DNA of 24,033 nucleotides from a virus (Duplodnaviria; Heunggongvirae; Uroviricota; Caudoviricetes): IMG/VR virus record IMGVR_UViG_2690316176_000008; one strand, 5' to 3'. Shown piece by piece: positions 23,920 to 24,033 of this stretch (position 1 is its first letter; each line of letters starts with the position of its first letter). The notes under the pieces were generated by a model. It saw only the letters and a program-made list of their open reading frames with translations, ran no database searches and was not told where the DNA came from. The position numbers and the translations under genes were made by a program.

Positions 23920-24033
23920 TGAACCGCCCCGGGAATCCTGGAGACTAAACTTCCTGAGAAAGAGGTAAACAGGATGACTAAAAATACTCGTTTTTCCCCC
24001 GAAGTCCGTCAACGGGCAGTCCGTATGGTTCTG
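23920..24033 (+). mobile_element. left end of an IS629/IS1203-like IS3-family element (continues beyond the window)
   Basis: Terminal inverted repeat TGAACCGCCCCGGGAATCCTGGAGACTAAACTTCC... followed by AGAGG RBS and orfA start, as I recall for IS629. Confidence 0.85.
23974..24033 (+). CDS. IS3-family transposase OrfA, N-terminal 20 codons (partial)
   Basis: MTKNTRFSPEVRQRAVRMVL, the characteristic start of IS629/IS1203 OrfA. Truncated by the window edge. Confidence 0.85.
   Translation, partial: MTKNTRFSPEVRQRAVRMVL

Noticed and set aside
23554-24012. 152 aa minus-strand track ORF
   Set aside because: It runs across the IS629 inverted repeat at 23920, so it cannot be a native gene. A different frame ending at 23596 looks like the genuine truncated ORF.

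Overview
This window is a ~24 kb slice of a mosaic, degraded lambdoid prophage from an attaching/effacing-type E. coli, encoded almost entirely on the minus strand. All identifications rest on reading the six-frame translations and the DNA by eye against remembered family sequences; no database search was run. Right to left (the direction of late transcription) it contains: the left end of an IS629-like element cutting an unknown ORF; a Qin-like accessory block (flxA with a sigma-28 promoter, relB-relE-hokD, rem, a DUF968 protein); rusA; a QuuD-like antiterminator Q with pR' and tR'; an ORF6N gene; an IS200 copy; a small HTH gene; an AraC-family regulator; an ileZ-argN-argO-like tRNA trio; an empty stx-type slot; a NanS-p-like esterase; a pinholin / SAR-endolysin / Rz-Rz1 lysis cassette carrying three extra small ORFs; a ylcI-like gene; and an intact cos site. 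Left of cos the morphogenesis region is gutted: a 31-codon small-terminase stub abuts the prohead protease/scaffold gene C, followed by D, E, an in-frame FI'-'J chimera, lom, a collagen-like side tail fibre, a small ORF, a bidirectional terminator and an AT-rich NleB-family type III effector gene. Large terminase, portal and the whole tail shaft/tape-measure/baseplate set are absent, so the element looks unable to package or assemble itself while keeping cos, the lysis genes, regulators and virulence cargo. The most interesting points are the two deletion junctions with cos retained, the unannotated small ORFs inside the lysis cassette, the toxin-less stx slot with a degenerate middle tRNA, and the regulator cargo downstream of pR'.
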